From: Vermamoeba vermiformis
Taxonomy: Eukaryota
Direction of reading: 5' to 3'
DNA length: 64,000 nucleotides
Assembly: GCA_045837725.1 (NCBI GenBank)
Contig: JBEWZL010000076.1
Span: forward strand, 310,001-374,000
In this document: piece after piece, positions 26,426 to 39,785 of the stretch
How the letters are laid out: the number at the start of each line of letters is the position of its first letter
Position numbering within the stretch: position 1 is the stretch's first letter
Position numbers and translations under genes: made by a program
Notes under the pieces: model-generated
The model's input: only the letters and a program-made list of their open reading frames with translations
Databases searched by the model: none
Told to the model about the DNA's origin: nothing

Positions 26426-28359
26426 TTAAACCACATTGCTTGTTTCCAAAGTCACTGCATCGTTCGCCGTGTCGCGGGATGTGGAGCTCTTCACTGAACT
26501 GGTTGAGTTGGCTCGTTTAGGAATTTTAAATAGGTAAATTCTCGACCAAGAGTCCAGCATTATCATGGCGTAAATAAATACAGAGCCTACAAAGTTTCCT
26601 AAAGCAACTGTAGCAACTTCAGGAACGATGAAGATAATAATCGGAATCAACGACAGAACTCGGATGATTCCGTTCAAAATGATCTTCTGATTGACCTAAA
26701 GAATAAAAAGATTATTAGCGAATTAATGATTTTACGGTTCATAACGATTTGTCTTCGAAACGAGTTACCGATCCAAAATAAATTTCGCTTAGATAGGTTG
26801 CTAATGCGTAAATAAATTGTGAATATAGTATACTTACATCGCGAACGAGTTTAGTCTTCTTTTGGCGCAGATTATTTGACTTTGCGATTTTCTTGACGAT
26901 CTTGCCAACGGTGACACTGTAAAATATCAAGAAGGCAAGCGAGACTATGACGTAGATGATAATCAAAGGCGTTGTAACGTCAAATCCGAGGGCATAACCG
27001 AGACCGCTAACGAGAATAATAACGCCAATGAACAGGATGCAGAACACAAAGAAAAAAGGTTTGAATCTGGCCAAGAATGGATAGACTTCCAATGAGGCGT
27101 TGGTTACCGCTTCATACCTACATAAATAACGTTATTATTCAGTCCGAATATGGAAAGTAAACCGAAACGTACCAGTAAAAAGTGATAAGAACGAACGTTG
27201 AAACTTCGAACGGAAAACTGATCGTAGTCATGAAGCTAAGGGCAGTTCCAAAGTATCCAAAGCACGCAAAAGGGTCCACGGCAAAGTAAGCAATTCGAAC
27301 TATTCCGAAATTTGAATGAGAAATCGATAAAAAAATTGGTGTCATCGAAGATTTGACGTTACATCACATTATTTAATACCAAAATTGACTTACGAAGGTT
27401 AGAGATTATTTCCAATGCCAAGCAGACTTGAGGTACGTTAAATTGAGATTTTTGAATTCGAATGAAACCGATCAGTTTGTACAAAGCGAATCCGATCAGG
27501 CCAACCGCAGCAGCGGTGAATATCGCTCGAAAGACTATTACGACGGGGATTCCTCCCAATATGTCGTTCCAACGATTGCCTGTCAAATAAGATTAATCAA
27601 CATTTTTGTTTCCTTTTATGGGAAAGGGGCCTTTTCAACGTGTCAAGATCTGTTACCTTCGGAAGTAAGAGTTGCCTCAATTATAGTACCATTGAGTATA
27701 GCTTGGCTAATTTGAGCGAATGCTGCTTGATTAATTTCAGCAACTGGAATTGTAATGTCTCCGAATGGAACGGCCGAAGTTAGAGCACATCCGTATTGAC
27801 CAGATTCGACTAAAACTATGTTAGTATGGCTTATTTGCATACATTACTTATTCAATATATATATGATCTTCCATAAATGGCAACAAAATTATTAATTTAA
27901 TTAGGTTTCTCAAGTATTGCATGACCATCCTTTGGGAACATTAAAACTTACGAGCATCGGTTCCATATAAAACTGCAATAGCGCCCGCTTCTTGAATTAA
28001 TTTAATTCTTCCGAGCCAGTCCCGGATGGCGATGTACGGCTGAAAAACGATTTTGCCTTGAAGATCTTGCATTGAGGAATGCGCCAAAACCCCAGTAACG
28101 TCTTCGAAAAAAGTGCCATCGTCCCCTATAATAGTATTTTAGCTTTTGCAACAAACACTTCGGATGCCGAGAGTGACTCCTGAGGGAGCAAAAAAAATCA
28201 ACGCTCTTTCGTCTTGAAACACGTACCTTTATAAAAGTATTGTGCAGTGGGAATCGGAGCCGAAGCAAGAGAGTTGTTACTGATGATGAGGTTCGCTGTG
28301 GCCAGATGTAGCAACGTTGCAAGCACGACAAGTGTCAAATAGCGACCGCTCAATATCAT
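26426..28359 (-). CDS. Signal peptide + PA (protease-associated) domain + 7TM protein
   Basis: MILSGRYLTLVVLATLLHLATA; PA motif DLQGKIVF...RIKLIQEAGAIAVLY...ITIPVAEI; then seven hydrophobic segments (THH1/TOM1-like LRIAYFAVDP, FVLITFYW). Confidence 0.8.
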
Positions 28360-28660
28360 TGTCGTGGTTGCGTTTGTGTTGTTCGTTGAAATATTTTGAA
28401 ACGTATGTGATCATAAAAACGTCGGGATGAATTTCACCGCGGGTTAAAAAATGACACGCGAGATATCAACGGAAATATAATTTCTGCGGTATTCATGAAA
28501 AATTAATTACGGCAATTCGATTTATGCTTTGGTTTGCCTATTATAGTATTTTTGAGGCGGAAGAATAAATGGTAGTACTTAATTACGTTCGGATCTCGGT
28601 TAATTGAAACAATATTTATATACAAACAACAAGGACAAAATTCTGAAAGATTTCTGAAAC

Positions 28661-30455
28661 TTACAAAATTGAGAGGAATCCAATAACAAACATCGAGAGC
28701 GAGAGCGAGCTCCATACTGAGGTACCAGCACTGTGGTTATTATGTTGCGTAGTAGGAGGTAGGTCCGTAATAGGAGTGATTTGACCTGAGGAGGAATTAG
28801 TATTCGGTTGAGTTGCGTCTGGAGTCGTAGGACTAGCAAGGGGAATATTGCCAGTACTAGGAGCATTACCCGTACTCGGCACATTACCATCACTAGGACT
28901 ATTGCTAGTCGGTGAATTACTAGGTGTGGTCGTACTTGGAGTGCCCTCAGCAAGATCCGCAACTACTAATCGCAAGCGCCAGTAGCCTTCGATGAAATTG
29001 AGCGTGAGCGAGTGTTGGCCCGTGGTCAGCACGTCTGTAATGAACGCGTCGCTGTTTTGCCAGTCATTGTAATCGCCGCCCGCGTACAACAACATTGTTC
29101 CGACCTCATTTCCGTCAATTGTAAGGCGGATGTGACGGTTTTCTCCAGCCGGGGCATCTGACGGGAAGGCAGCACGTGCCACTAAAGAGTATTTGCCTTG
29201 TTGTTGAACGTTGATGTTGTATTGCAACCATTCAGTAGGCTCGATAAGACTGATGCACGCGCACTTGTATTGATAGTCGTCCGTGCAATTTGAAATGTCC
29301 ACGGCGTCGTTGCGATAAAATCCACCTTGATTGCCCGCAGTAGTGTCAGAGAATGTCGAATAGAATGCACCTTCAATGACACCAGGGATGTTGATTACGG
29401 ATGGTGGAGGCACGGGTAAAGGTTGAACACTGCCTGAGACAGGAGGTAATTCAGGGACTGGTGGACGTTCGTTGACTGGTGGAGGTGGGGCCCAGTCTCG
29501 TCTGCAAACGTCGTAATCGATAGGAGTCAACGCTGTAAGAGAAAAACAGCAGTTAGATCCGTAACTTTGGAAAAATAAATAAATATATCGTCGCCTAATT
29601 ATTATGAAGCTATTAAATATTCATACCTTCAGCAGGTAGTTCAGTATAGACGCCAAACATGAGACCCAAATAGTAGTACGCTGCTTTCGGCTGGCCGGAT
29701 CAAGCGACCTGAAGTTTTAAGTTGAGCGAAATCACACCCCACACCTACCCCCAAGCGAGTAGCACCTCCCAAACACGCGATGCCGAGCGACTTCTAGATG
29801 ATTGTCGATAAAATTCCTCGCTGCACGTCTCTATCATTCGTTGCGGATCAGTGTCTTGGTTAATCGACCACCATGCGCCCTAATCGTTTTCCTAATTAGA
29901 CTTTGTAATGTGTTTGAAATTTTTAAGACTTACATCCTGAGTTTGGAAAGAGTAGCCAGTGTCAGGCTTAGTAGCATGTTGAATATAGTCCCAGTTAGCA
30001 TGTAAGGCGTAGGTCAGCCATACATAGACCGGATTCTCACCGTTGTTCCAGCAAATGTCCAAAAACGCTCCGTGATCCCTGAACGAACCATCAGCAATTG
30101 CTATTATTTAAACAAATATATATTTTACTTACAATGGAGTGTCGGTATTAGGATACGCCAATAGTATCTGATAGACACGAAGGTTGTTCACGCCGACCGC
30201 TCGCATCAGGGCCAAATCCCGCGTGTGGACCACAGTGAAGTCCTTGTGGAAGACATCTCCCCATTCAGTATATTCGGCGGGAGTAGTACCTGGTGGTAGC
30301 GGACTATAGTTGACGCCTTTGACCGTAAAGGGCTCTCCGTTCAACTGGATTTGTCTGCCTTGTACAGTGAAAGTAGTCGTAGTCTGACTGCGCGCCAAGT
30401 GTAGAATAGCACTAAATAAATATAGTGCTACGAGTATATGCCGCCTTTGAACCAT
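28661..30455 (-). pseudogene. Secreted GH2/GH5-like TIM-barrel glycoside hydrolase + CBM6-like module + stalk/GPI, disrupted in the middle
   Basis: N-terminus FTVQGRQIQLNGEPFTVKGVNYSP...RDLALMRAVGVNNLRVY and barrel end QPKAAYYYL are present. Between them, 29700-29880 has stops and frameshifts and is too short for the catalytic core. CBM-like EWLQYNINV...GKYSLVARAA...GGDYNDWQ...LTTGQHSLTLNF. Confidence 0.65.
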
Positions 30456-31099
30456 TTGTTGCCGCTTGAACGATGTTGCTATTGAACTGAAGGTGCTCGC
30501 GAAAAAATTTTAAAGCTGCATTGAATTTCAATCAAAATCCTTTCTATAGAAAAATTTGAGGTAATTAATGCTGGTTTAATATACCCCTTCGAATCAATTA
30601 AATCTCTTCGGTCTGTTTGCATTATTTGGTCATTTTCATCGATTTTTTCCTAATTTAGAAACTGTCTAAATACGAAACCAACAGGCGAGGTGAATTTAAC
30701 AGAATATTGCGTGGTCTCAGTACAATTCAACAAATTGAGATTGATAAAACTGAAAAACCATGACTGAATATTATTGAACGATTTCTATAATTTACAGCGT
30801 GCATCTCAGAAGAAAATTGCAGGCTACAAAATAGATACGCACAATTTTTTGAATATTATAAGATGTGAATAAGGAAATCGAAATTTAACGAGTCGTTGCA
30901 ATAGAAGATTGGATTCTAAGCTCGGTACGAAGGAATCCGGCAACAGTCTCGAAAATAGAGTTATGATCGGTGTAAATAGGGAATAATATATTTAGGTAAG
31001 CGACTTTTCTTACCTTTATTCATTTAGCTAACTATTGTACATGGATTCGCCTCGCGCATCTCTGCGGCCAGTTGTTCGTTTCCTCGGATCTCGTTGAGC

Positions 31100-32021
31100 T
31101 TAGTCTCGCAATACTTCTGCTATTTGATCCAAGAACTTCACCTTGTCGTCAAAGTCTTGAATAATTTTGTTCATGAGTTCTACTTCGGTAACTGGATTCT
31201 CGAGATTTAGACCCAGCAGATCTTGCTCGATGTCTAAACTATCCAAATCTGACGCTATTGAATCGAGAGTCATATCTTTCTTATTTTTTGCTGCAGCTTC
31301 TTGTTGTTTTCGAACCGCATCTTCTTCGGCTTGTTTTTTCTTTCGATCTGCTTCTTCTTTTGCTCGTCTTTCTTCCGATTCTTTTCGCTTCTTTTCTTCT
31401 TCCTTTCGTTTATTTTCTTCTTCTATTTGCTTAATTCTAGCCTTCTCTGCCTCTTCTTTTTTCTTTACTTCTTCAGGATGCTTCAATTTAAATATTTCAG
31501 CCGTTACGTCCTCGATTTCTCGTTTCTTCTCTTCAAGTTCTTTTTCTATTTGCTTCATACGATCTACTTTTGCATTCTTTGATCGTTCAAATTGCGTTAT
31601 TTGATCTAGTTGTCGTTGCAATTCAGTTTCGGTCCATTTCTTGATTTCATCTTTGACTTTCTCAAGGCGACCCTATCCATAATAATGTTATTATTGATAC
31701 GACGAAATATAAAATCGCTGCGGTTTTTAAGTGGCAATCAAGCGAGATGCCGAAAAAATCTTTTGAAATCAAAATAAATCTTCAAATAACTTCAAAAAAT
31801 AAACTAACCTCAATAGGCTGCATCTCTTGCTCTAATTTCTGATCTTGCTCCTTCTTCCACGTATCTGCAATTGTTTGGACGCGTTCAAGGTTGGCATCGT
31901 AAGTCAAAATCTGAGCTTGAAGCTCTTTCACTCGTGCAAGCTCTTCCTCGTATAATAGCATAAATTTAGGTCCATTGGGATAATTATTTAACTCGTCTTT
32001 CTCCTGCTGTGTCAAATCCAT
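31100..32021 (-). CDS. E/K-rich coiled-coil protein (3' end possibly frameshifted)
   Basis: Two exons joined by a GT-AG intron (about 31809-31673) give a continuous charged heptad-rich ORF. Protein-like sequence continues past the stop in another frame. Confidence 0.7.
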
Positions 32022-32407
32022 TGCGTGGAACGTTGAAATGAAATTTTAGCGCGTAACGAGGGAAAATAAATTTCAGTTGAGAAAACAATAATCAACCTAA
32101 ATATCATAACTTGGTACGTATTATCATTATTTTGGTCCTGTACAGGCCGAATTTTTACTGGGCATACTGTTGCCGCGGATTTCCAAAATTGTTTTTACCG
32201 CTCGTATATGCAGCTTATTTCTAATTTCTAAATAAATTAACAACAATGTATTTTTTTGGTTGATTACTGGCCGAGTTCTTATCCCTACTTCAAATTTAAA
32301 TCCGCTCGACAAGTTTAAACTCGTCTAAATTGCTTATAAAATATATTCTTTCGCGCGCTAAAATACTACCATTTAAATTGACTCAATTTTCGCATAGGTC
32401 TTCGAAA

Positions 32408-33203
32408 ATGAGTTCAGCCATGGAGATCTTCGACATTTTCAATGCCAACAACGAGTTCTTGGGCAGAGAATACAGAAAGAACGTGCATAAATTTGGTTTA
32501 TATCATCGCGCAGTCAGAATGTTCGTCTTCAACTCTAAAGGCGAGATCTTGACTCAGCGCCGCGTACCCAACAAAGACATTGCTCCTAATGCTTGGGACT
32601 TATCAGTAAGCTCTATATTAATTTAAAGACACTCAAATAATAATATTATAATCATTATACATGTCTATTAAGATGAGTAAGCTCGTGTAACGACGAGTTA
32701 GTTCTGATCGGATCTTCTACAGGCTGCAGAACACTTGAAGCCAAGCGAATCATATGTCGATGGTGCAGTGCGTGGTCTTAAAGAAGAGCTTAATATTGAT
32801 GTCAAGCCTGAACAAATGATTAAGCTAAGGTAAGGACAGCACATCCGCTTAATTCTCGAACTCGTGCTACCTCGTTCGTTTGATTATAGATCACCTTTAT
32901 TATACACATATGTCAATAAGGAGAAAGGCATCAAGGACTTTGAATACAACGAGACATACAAAGTTATTTACGACGGAGAATTCACCGTCGATCCGGTGGT
33001 AAGTTAACATCAATGTTTAGCTAGTTACAACCGCGATATATTAATAACGTGGTATATAGGAAGTAGCTGAAGCTAAGTTTGTGAGCTGGGACGAGTTTGT
33101 TCGTCGTTTCGAAGAGCATCCGGAACAGTGCACGCCGTGGTTGATTCAAGAGATGAATTTATTCAAAGCTGAGCAGTACAAGTCTCTTCTCGAACATAAA
33201 TAG
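32408..33203 (+). CDS. Nudix hydrolase of the IPP-isomerase-like group
   Basis: Four exons: RKNVHKFGLYHRAVRMFVFNSKGEILTQRR...WDLSAAEHLKPSESYVDGAVRGLKEELNI...EVAEAKFV...TPW. Confidence 0.88.
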
Positions 33204-33522
33204 AACTTTATGTGCATTCAGCGTTTTCCTCGAGTATTTACTTACTCACGCAACACAGCAAACTTTTTCACTCGTTCACCTTTGTCGCTGACGCTCACTC
33301 TCATGACGTCGCGTTTCAGAGTGAGGGCCATTATTTAAAGCTTAATCAATGTTTGGAACTTTGTTTGACGGGAAATTCGTGTGTGCAAGGTACCACAAAA
33401 ACTTCATAGCTTTTGGGAAATACGCGCAGTAGCGCCAATTTTGATTCATTTTATTCGAATCGTTTCCTTGTGTGAGAAAACATATCGACTTAATATGTTG
33501 GAGGAATTTTAAATACCACACA

Positions 33523-34755
33523 TTACGCAGGAGGAATAATTTCAAATACACCACCACAATATGGCACTCCGTCCCAGAGATTGTAACCCATGTACTCGAT
33601 GTGATCAGGAAGGCTAGGAAAATCGACTGAGTCCGAGCAGTTCGGATCTTCACCACTCGCATTGCACTGAATTAATTTGCCGTCGTGTTGCCAGAATTCA
33701 ACGGGAATGTGGTGGAAACCGAAGAGCTCTGGAGGCACGTGCGGCACAATGTCTGCTGCGTGGACCTACTCGATAATAATTATAATCAAATATTCTGATT
33801 TCCATTGTAAGATAGTCTTACGACGCGGGTTGAGTCCGAGAGTACTTTGGTGACGAGACGCGAAAAGGCACGATTTCCTAATTAGGCAAAGTATCAGTAC
33901 GCGTACTGAATGCTCTTGAAAACACATTGTCCGTTTCATAGTATTTTTAATATATTGCGCAAGTGCTTACCAACACGAGGTGAGCCAAAATTAACGAGTC
34001 TAACTGGCAGCGCGGTAATGCTTTGAATTTCAATTGCGACGATTGTAGCGACTGCAGCACCGAGTGAATGACCTGTTACGCGCACTTCCTTGCATGCAGG
34101 ACATAACAGCTGATTTAATTTAATTAAGATGAGCTGAGTGCATGAGGTAAGACGAGTAACGTACCAGCGTTTGGTTGAAAGCGGATTTGAGATCCTTTTG
34201 GAGACCTTTGTACACCGAATAAAATCCGAAGTGCACGTCAACGCCAGGTAAGCCTTTGTAATTAACTTGATCTGTACAGCAAGGTAATCAATAGATGTAA
34301 TTCAACAAGTAACGATTTACGCACCAAATTCAAAGTCCTGTAGCCAATCTGTAATGCTAGTAGCGATAGTTCCTCTGACCGCTATTTGAACTATAAAAAA
34401 TCGTATCAACATAAGTTGCGTATTTCAAGCTGCTTTCGATCTGATCGCGAAATTTGTACCAATTTTTAGAAATTAGGAAAAATATAATAAGCTTACTATA
34501 GCTATCGGTATATCCAATGTAAGCGAATGAATCGTCTTTTTTGTTGTAAATTGTTGCTGAAACGGTTAACTTTTGCGTATCCGGATGGTTGCACCAGAAA
34601 CACGTCCAATGGCTAATGTTTCCAATAGGACAATAAGAAGTAAACGCAAATAATAACTGCTCTTCTAACAGCTTGCTAGTTTGAATTGAACTAGCAATAC
34701 AGCAGGCTATTACTACAAAAAATATTATGACCTTACTGCCGCCTTTGTCTGCCAT
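33523..34755 (-). CDS. Secreted class 3 lipase (tandem copy 1)
   Basis: Signal peptide; AVRGT, VHFGFY, VTGHSLGAAVA, NFGSPRVGN, VHAADIVPHVPP, DHIEYMG. Confidence 0.93.
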
Positions 34756-34951
34756 AATAAATATTGCTTTAGTATTGCGATAATTATATAGTGTATGGAT
34801 GTAAATATAGCAAGGATAAAAATTGCATTCGAGCACGGCACACGTGGATCTGCTTATTTTAGAAATTTACCCGTTATTGAGCTTCGAAATGTACTTTTAT
34901 AATTTACAAACCTTTATATATATATTCTATTGTACACCTATGCAATATGAA

Positions 34952-36274
34952 TTAAAAATCGGTTATTTCACGTTCCGTTTGCTCGAGTACGAGAGCAGAT
35001 GGCGGATTCACGCCGAAGACTCCAGCGCAATCTGGCCAGCCACTCCAAAGCTTATAATCCATATATGTCACATGATCCGTCAGAGAAGGCACTAAGACGG
35101 ATTTAGAGCAATTCGGATCTTCTCCGGACTGATCGCACATAATGTCCTCGCCCTTGTGCTGCCAGAGTTCCGTCGACACGTGGTGATAAAAGCCTAACTT
35201 GCTAGGCGGGAGTTGCGGTACGACATCAGATTCGTGCACCTGATCATTGTCTCAGCATTAGGATCCGTTACAAAAAATAATAATTAATTTTCTTACCACG
35301 CGAACAGAGTCATCAAGTTGATCGACTACAAATGTTGCGAATACACTGTTGCCTAGTATGAATAGAATGCTATTAATCGTATTTCTTTCAAAAGGAAGGC
35401 TCTTCCGCAGGGAGATGCGGATCGAGTTTAAAAAATTAGGCGAACGCCGATTATAATCGTAATAATAAATATGTCATAGCAATATGAGTGCTTACCAACA
35501 CGAGGTGAGCCAAAAGTAGCGAGTTGAACGGGCAACTTGGTAACATTTTGAATTTCCACTGCCGCGATTGTCGCCACTGCTCCTCCGAGCGAATGGCCCG
35601 TTATACGAATAGAAGAGCACTTAGGACATAAACTCTAATATAACAAGAGTCAAAGTTAATTAGGCCGGAGAGATCCGAGTTACTAATTTTGTTGAACCTA
35701 CCCTAGTTTTGTTGAACGCAGCGAATAGGCGATCCTTGATGCCATTATATACTCTGTAAAATCCTATGTGCACTTTCATGCTCTCTATTCCATTGTAGTT
35801 GGCTTGACCTGCGGCGAAGATGTGATCAGATCATCTTAAAATTTTTGGGCGTTGGCTTACCAAATGAAAAATCTCGTATCCATGCTGTTACACTTGTAGC
35901 AATTGTTCCTCGGATCGCAATCTGAACTAAAAATATAAATCAGCTTAATTAATAAAGCTTGATCGAGAAAAAAATTTGAGTTTGGTATTGACTGCTTAGT
36001 TAATTAATTTTAACGTACTATATTTTTCAGTGTATCCAACGAAAGCAAAAGAATCGTCTGCTTTGTTATAAATAGTTGAAACTATAGTTAACTTGTCTCG
36101 ATCTTGAGCGCACCAATAGCAGGACCAGCTCTGAACCCTTTCGGATGGACAATAGGTGCTAAATGCATGTAATGCTTGCGTCTCTAAATAGTTGCTGGTT
36201 TGATAAGATTTGGCCACAAAGCAAGCAAAAAATAAAAGCGCCAGCAGACCAAATCTGCTGGTGTGTAGCGCCAT
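34952..36274 (-). CDS. Secreted class 3 lipase (tandem copy 2)
   Basis: Same exon layout as copy 1; AIRGT, VHIGFY, ITGHSLGGAVA, TFGSPRVGN, VHESDVVPQLPP, DHVTYM. Confidence 0.93.
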
Positions 36275-36517
36275 AATGCAATACTGCTCTTTATGCGTGG
36301 CGAGCACTTGCGTCGATTAATAAATAACTCCAACGAAAAGGCACGGCAAAAATGCCCAACCGGCACGTGGGTTTTGACCAGATTTGGCAAAAAAGATTTG
36401 TTTGGAACCTAAATAAGACACCGAGGACAATGTGTTGACTGTAACTTACATTTACTAAGCTGCACAAACAGATTGTGGTTCTTCGTGGATGTGAGCTCGA
36501 TCAAAAAAGTTGAACCT

Positions 36518-37318
36518 CTATTTGCACCAGTCCTTCACCTTAGTGCCTCCGTCGTATTCAACAGCGAATCCTTGTTCGACCATTTGCCTATAATTAATTA
36601 TTAATCTCTTAATTCTATCATTTTAACGGTCAATTTTGAGTTCGCGTACTTGTTGATGTTTCTGCCATTGATCCAAACCTCGCACAATATTCTGAAATAC
36701 TTGTCGCGACGAGGCTTTCTATAGTTAATTTATCAAGGGTTAATTCAAGTGTTTTTGATTGAGTTTAAGTGATGAAAAATTAGGTGCGCATCCAATCGTA
36801 CCTTAACTCGATAGTACGAGCGTTCTCAAATCTGGAAACAAGAAAATTGCGAGCTTCAATAGCCAAATTCTTCTCTTTGGAGCATTTGCCTATATTTTGA
36901 ACGTCAGTATTGTAATGGCTGATTGATTTATTTTTGCTCCGTGGATTTGCTTTTAATACCTTTCATTTCGGGTGTATCGATGCCCCATAGCCTGAGCGAT
37001 ATCTCTTGACCAATAATATTGGGGTAACCTGATTAATAAAGCGAGATTAATCCAACTGTCATTCGGGTATTATTGACATCTAATTCAAACGCAACGCAAT
37101 TTCATTATATTTACTTTTAATATTCACTGTGCACGTGTCTCCGTCATAGCATCGAACATATTCAACGCCAGTAATAGTATCAAAATAGTCGCTGACATCC
37201 GGAAGGGTATCTGCAGAATCACCGTTAGATCACGCACAGAGCGAACTTTAGGTTACTTACCAGCCTTGACTATATTAATCACAATACATGCGACTAATAA
37301 AATTAATATGGCACGCAT
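36518..37318 (-). CDS. Secreted single-domain staphylococcal/micrococcal nuclease (SNase-like)
   Basis: Six exons: signal peptide MRAILILLVACIVINIVKA; YDGDTCTV, LRLWGIDTPEMKG, RDKYFRILCEV, MVEQGFAVEYDGG. Confidence 0.9.
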
Positions 37319-37463
37319 TTGTGGTAGTGAAATGCTGCAGAAAATTTGAAAACAAAATTATTGATTCTGAATCAAATTCACAACAAAGCTCGCGATATTT
37401 TGCGTGCATTATAAGGACATATTTCATAGTACCAAGCTGATTTAATCCGAGCGAGCTTCCCAG

Positions 37464-39502
37464 ATGCGATCTCTTCTGCAATCTCGCGGTTTTTGGATTC
37501 TCGTGGCTATTTCAGTCCTACTATTTGTAAATAATTCACAACAAACCCCAGCAGAACAAGGTAGGTAAAATTAATCCATATTCAAATAAATTAATGCTTG
37601 CAATTGCGAATCTAGATGTGCAATTAGCCGTTGTTTTGTAATTCACATTTTGTATTTAGTATTAGTAATTTTATAATTGACTCTTGTTACAAAAGTATTT
37701 TTAAATAGTAGCTTGGAATTTTAATTAATTTTCTAATTGCGATCCAGTCGATTTTCTGGTACAGTTGTACACAAGCTGCAATGGCACCAATTGGCCTGAT
37801 AGTCGGTCCTGGAACACCTTTCCCTCTGGCTCAGATAGCGTGTGCGATTGGGAGGGCATTGTTTGCGACGATGGCTTTCGTGTAACGGCTTTGTACGTAA
37901 CTTTGATCTATTAATTAAGGAGACCATTCGATGGTGAAATTACGAAATAGTGTAACTTAGTAGTATTTTATTGCATAACTGGTAAGATTAATATCGAATT
38001 TTACAGGGCTCTACCAAGAAAAAGACTAGCTGGATGTCGGATCCCAGCATCAATTGCGAACTTAACGGTATTAACCACGTTGTACGTAATCAACATAATA
38101 AGACATATTATTCTTCGTCCGGTTATATTAATTAATTTGTTTTTAATAGAGATCTAAGTAACAACAACATTCTTGGACCGTTACCTGACTCACTGTGGTC
38201 TTTAAGGTCGCTCAAAACATTGTAAGTCATTTAATTTACTATCATATCATCAATATAGTATGCTAACATCGTTATAATAGGTCATTATCGAACAATAACG
38301 CGTTGGAACATACTTTTACCAATCATTCGGACTTGAGTCAGTTAGTTTCGCTAGAACAACTGTATCCTTATTAATCTTATTTATATCATACTCTATGGAT
38401 CTATAATGTTCTATTCCTATTTAATTCTTCCAATTTTTATCAATTTTATTTTTCCTTAATTTTCGTGTACCAGTAAAATGAACGATATGAAGCTCTCAGG
38501 ACCTATTCCTGCCTCATTGTTCCGTATTGGTACATTGAAATACGTCTATTTGCAGAATAATCAATTGACTTCGCTATCGTGGGCTGATAGTAGCGTTCTC
38601 GAGCAAATTGTAGATCTGTAAGTCACAATATTGCCTAATTAGGAATAATATTATAATCTATTGGTCACTAATTTGCTTATGTAGAAACGTTCGAAATAAT
38701 TTGCTCGATTCTTTCCCGGATCAAGTGGCTCGTTTGGTCAAGTGCGAATTGCTGTAAGTTAAACCTGGTATTGATTAAACTTTATTATTATTAATACGCT
38801 TATTATTAGAGATTTATCGTACAATCAAATATCAGATTTCTTGCCCGTTGGAATAACGCAGATGGTCAATGCTGAAGAGATTTATTTGAACAACAATCAG
38901 CTCTCTGGCAACTTGCACGACTTTAGAGTATTGACCAAATTAGTGGAAATGTAAGTGCATCTTCAATAATTAGCATTTAGAAGCCCTGGGAGCAATTCAA
39001 CTGGATCCGATCTAAGATGTAGTGAAATTCCACCGAAATTGAAATCTGCTAAAGAGCAATTTTTAATAAACCGCATTTTTAAATATAAGTTTATATCTTT
39101 GTGTCATATAGAACTGATTAAATTCAATTTAGGGACTTAAGTGTCAACAAATTGTTGGGCCCGTTGCCCGAATGGCTGCCATCACTCTCGTTCAAGTTGA
39201 ATCTAGCCAATAATTCCTTCGACTGTCCATTGCCTTCATTTGCTGCTCAATTCCAAGTCGTCGATTGCGTCGATCGAGCGAATCTGCCAATGATTTTCAT
39301 CTTTGTGGCTTTAGGCGCAGTAGTTGTCGTGGTTATTATAGGCGGTATAGTATATGGCGTAAGAAGAAAGAGGAAATTGGCGAAGAGAGTACCAGAGCCC
39401 TCGTTGATTGTCAGCGAAGATGTTGCTTACACGAAATTGGAAGATCCGAGCAACAATCCAGACGATGCAAAGCGAACTACGGCATTAGAGCCTGAAATTT
39501 AG
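37464..39502 (+). CDS. LRR receptor-like type I membrane protein
   Basis: Signal peptide; N-cap W...VCDWEGIVCD; LxxLxLxxNxLxGxIP repeats; C-cap NSFDCPLP; TM helix IFIFVALGAVVVVVIIGGIVYGV followed by RRKRK. Confidence 0.9.
38362..38473 (+). other. U12-type (minor spliceosome) GT-AG intron
   Basis: Donor GTATCCTT; branch TTCCTTAAT at 38452-38460, 13 nt before the intron end; removal keeps the LRR frame (SLEQL|KMNDMKLSGPIP). Confidence 0.85.
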
Positions 39503-39785
39503 ATATCCATTTAAAGTATGTAAATCGATTGTATATAATAAATCATTCAAGCTCAGAAATTTTTCTTGAGGTGCTTTTGTAACAACTTCGATCTAACTTC
39601 AAAACCAACTTCAAGATTAAACGTCTTGTAGTATTTGATTAATATGATGTGTATTGTGATTCTTTTCGCTTTTTAATCTGAAAATTACGCCTCTTCATTA
39701 ATTTTTTATTTATTCTCGTAGACAACACATACGAGGATCCCAATTAATGAAGTTCGATAAGTAACACTCACTTATACCTATAATC

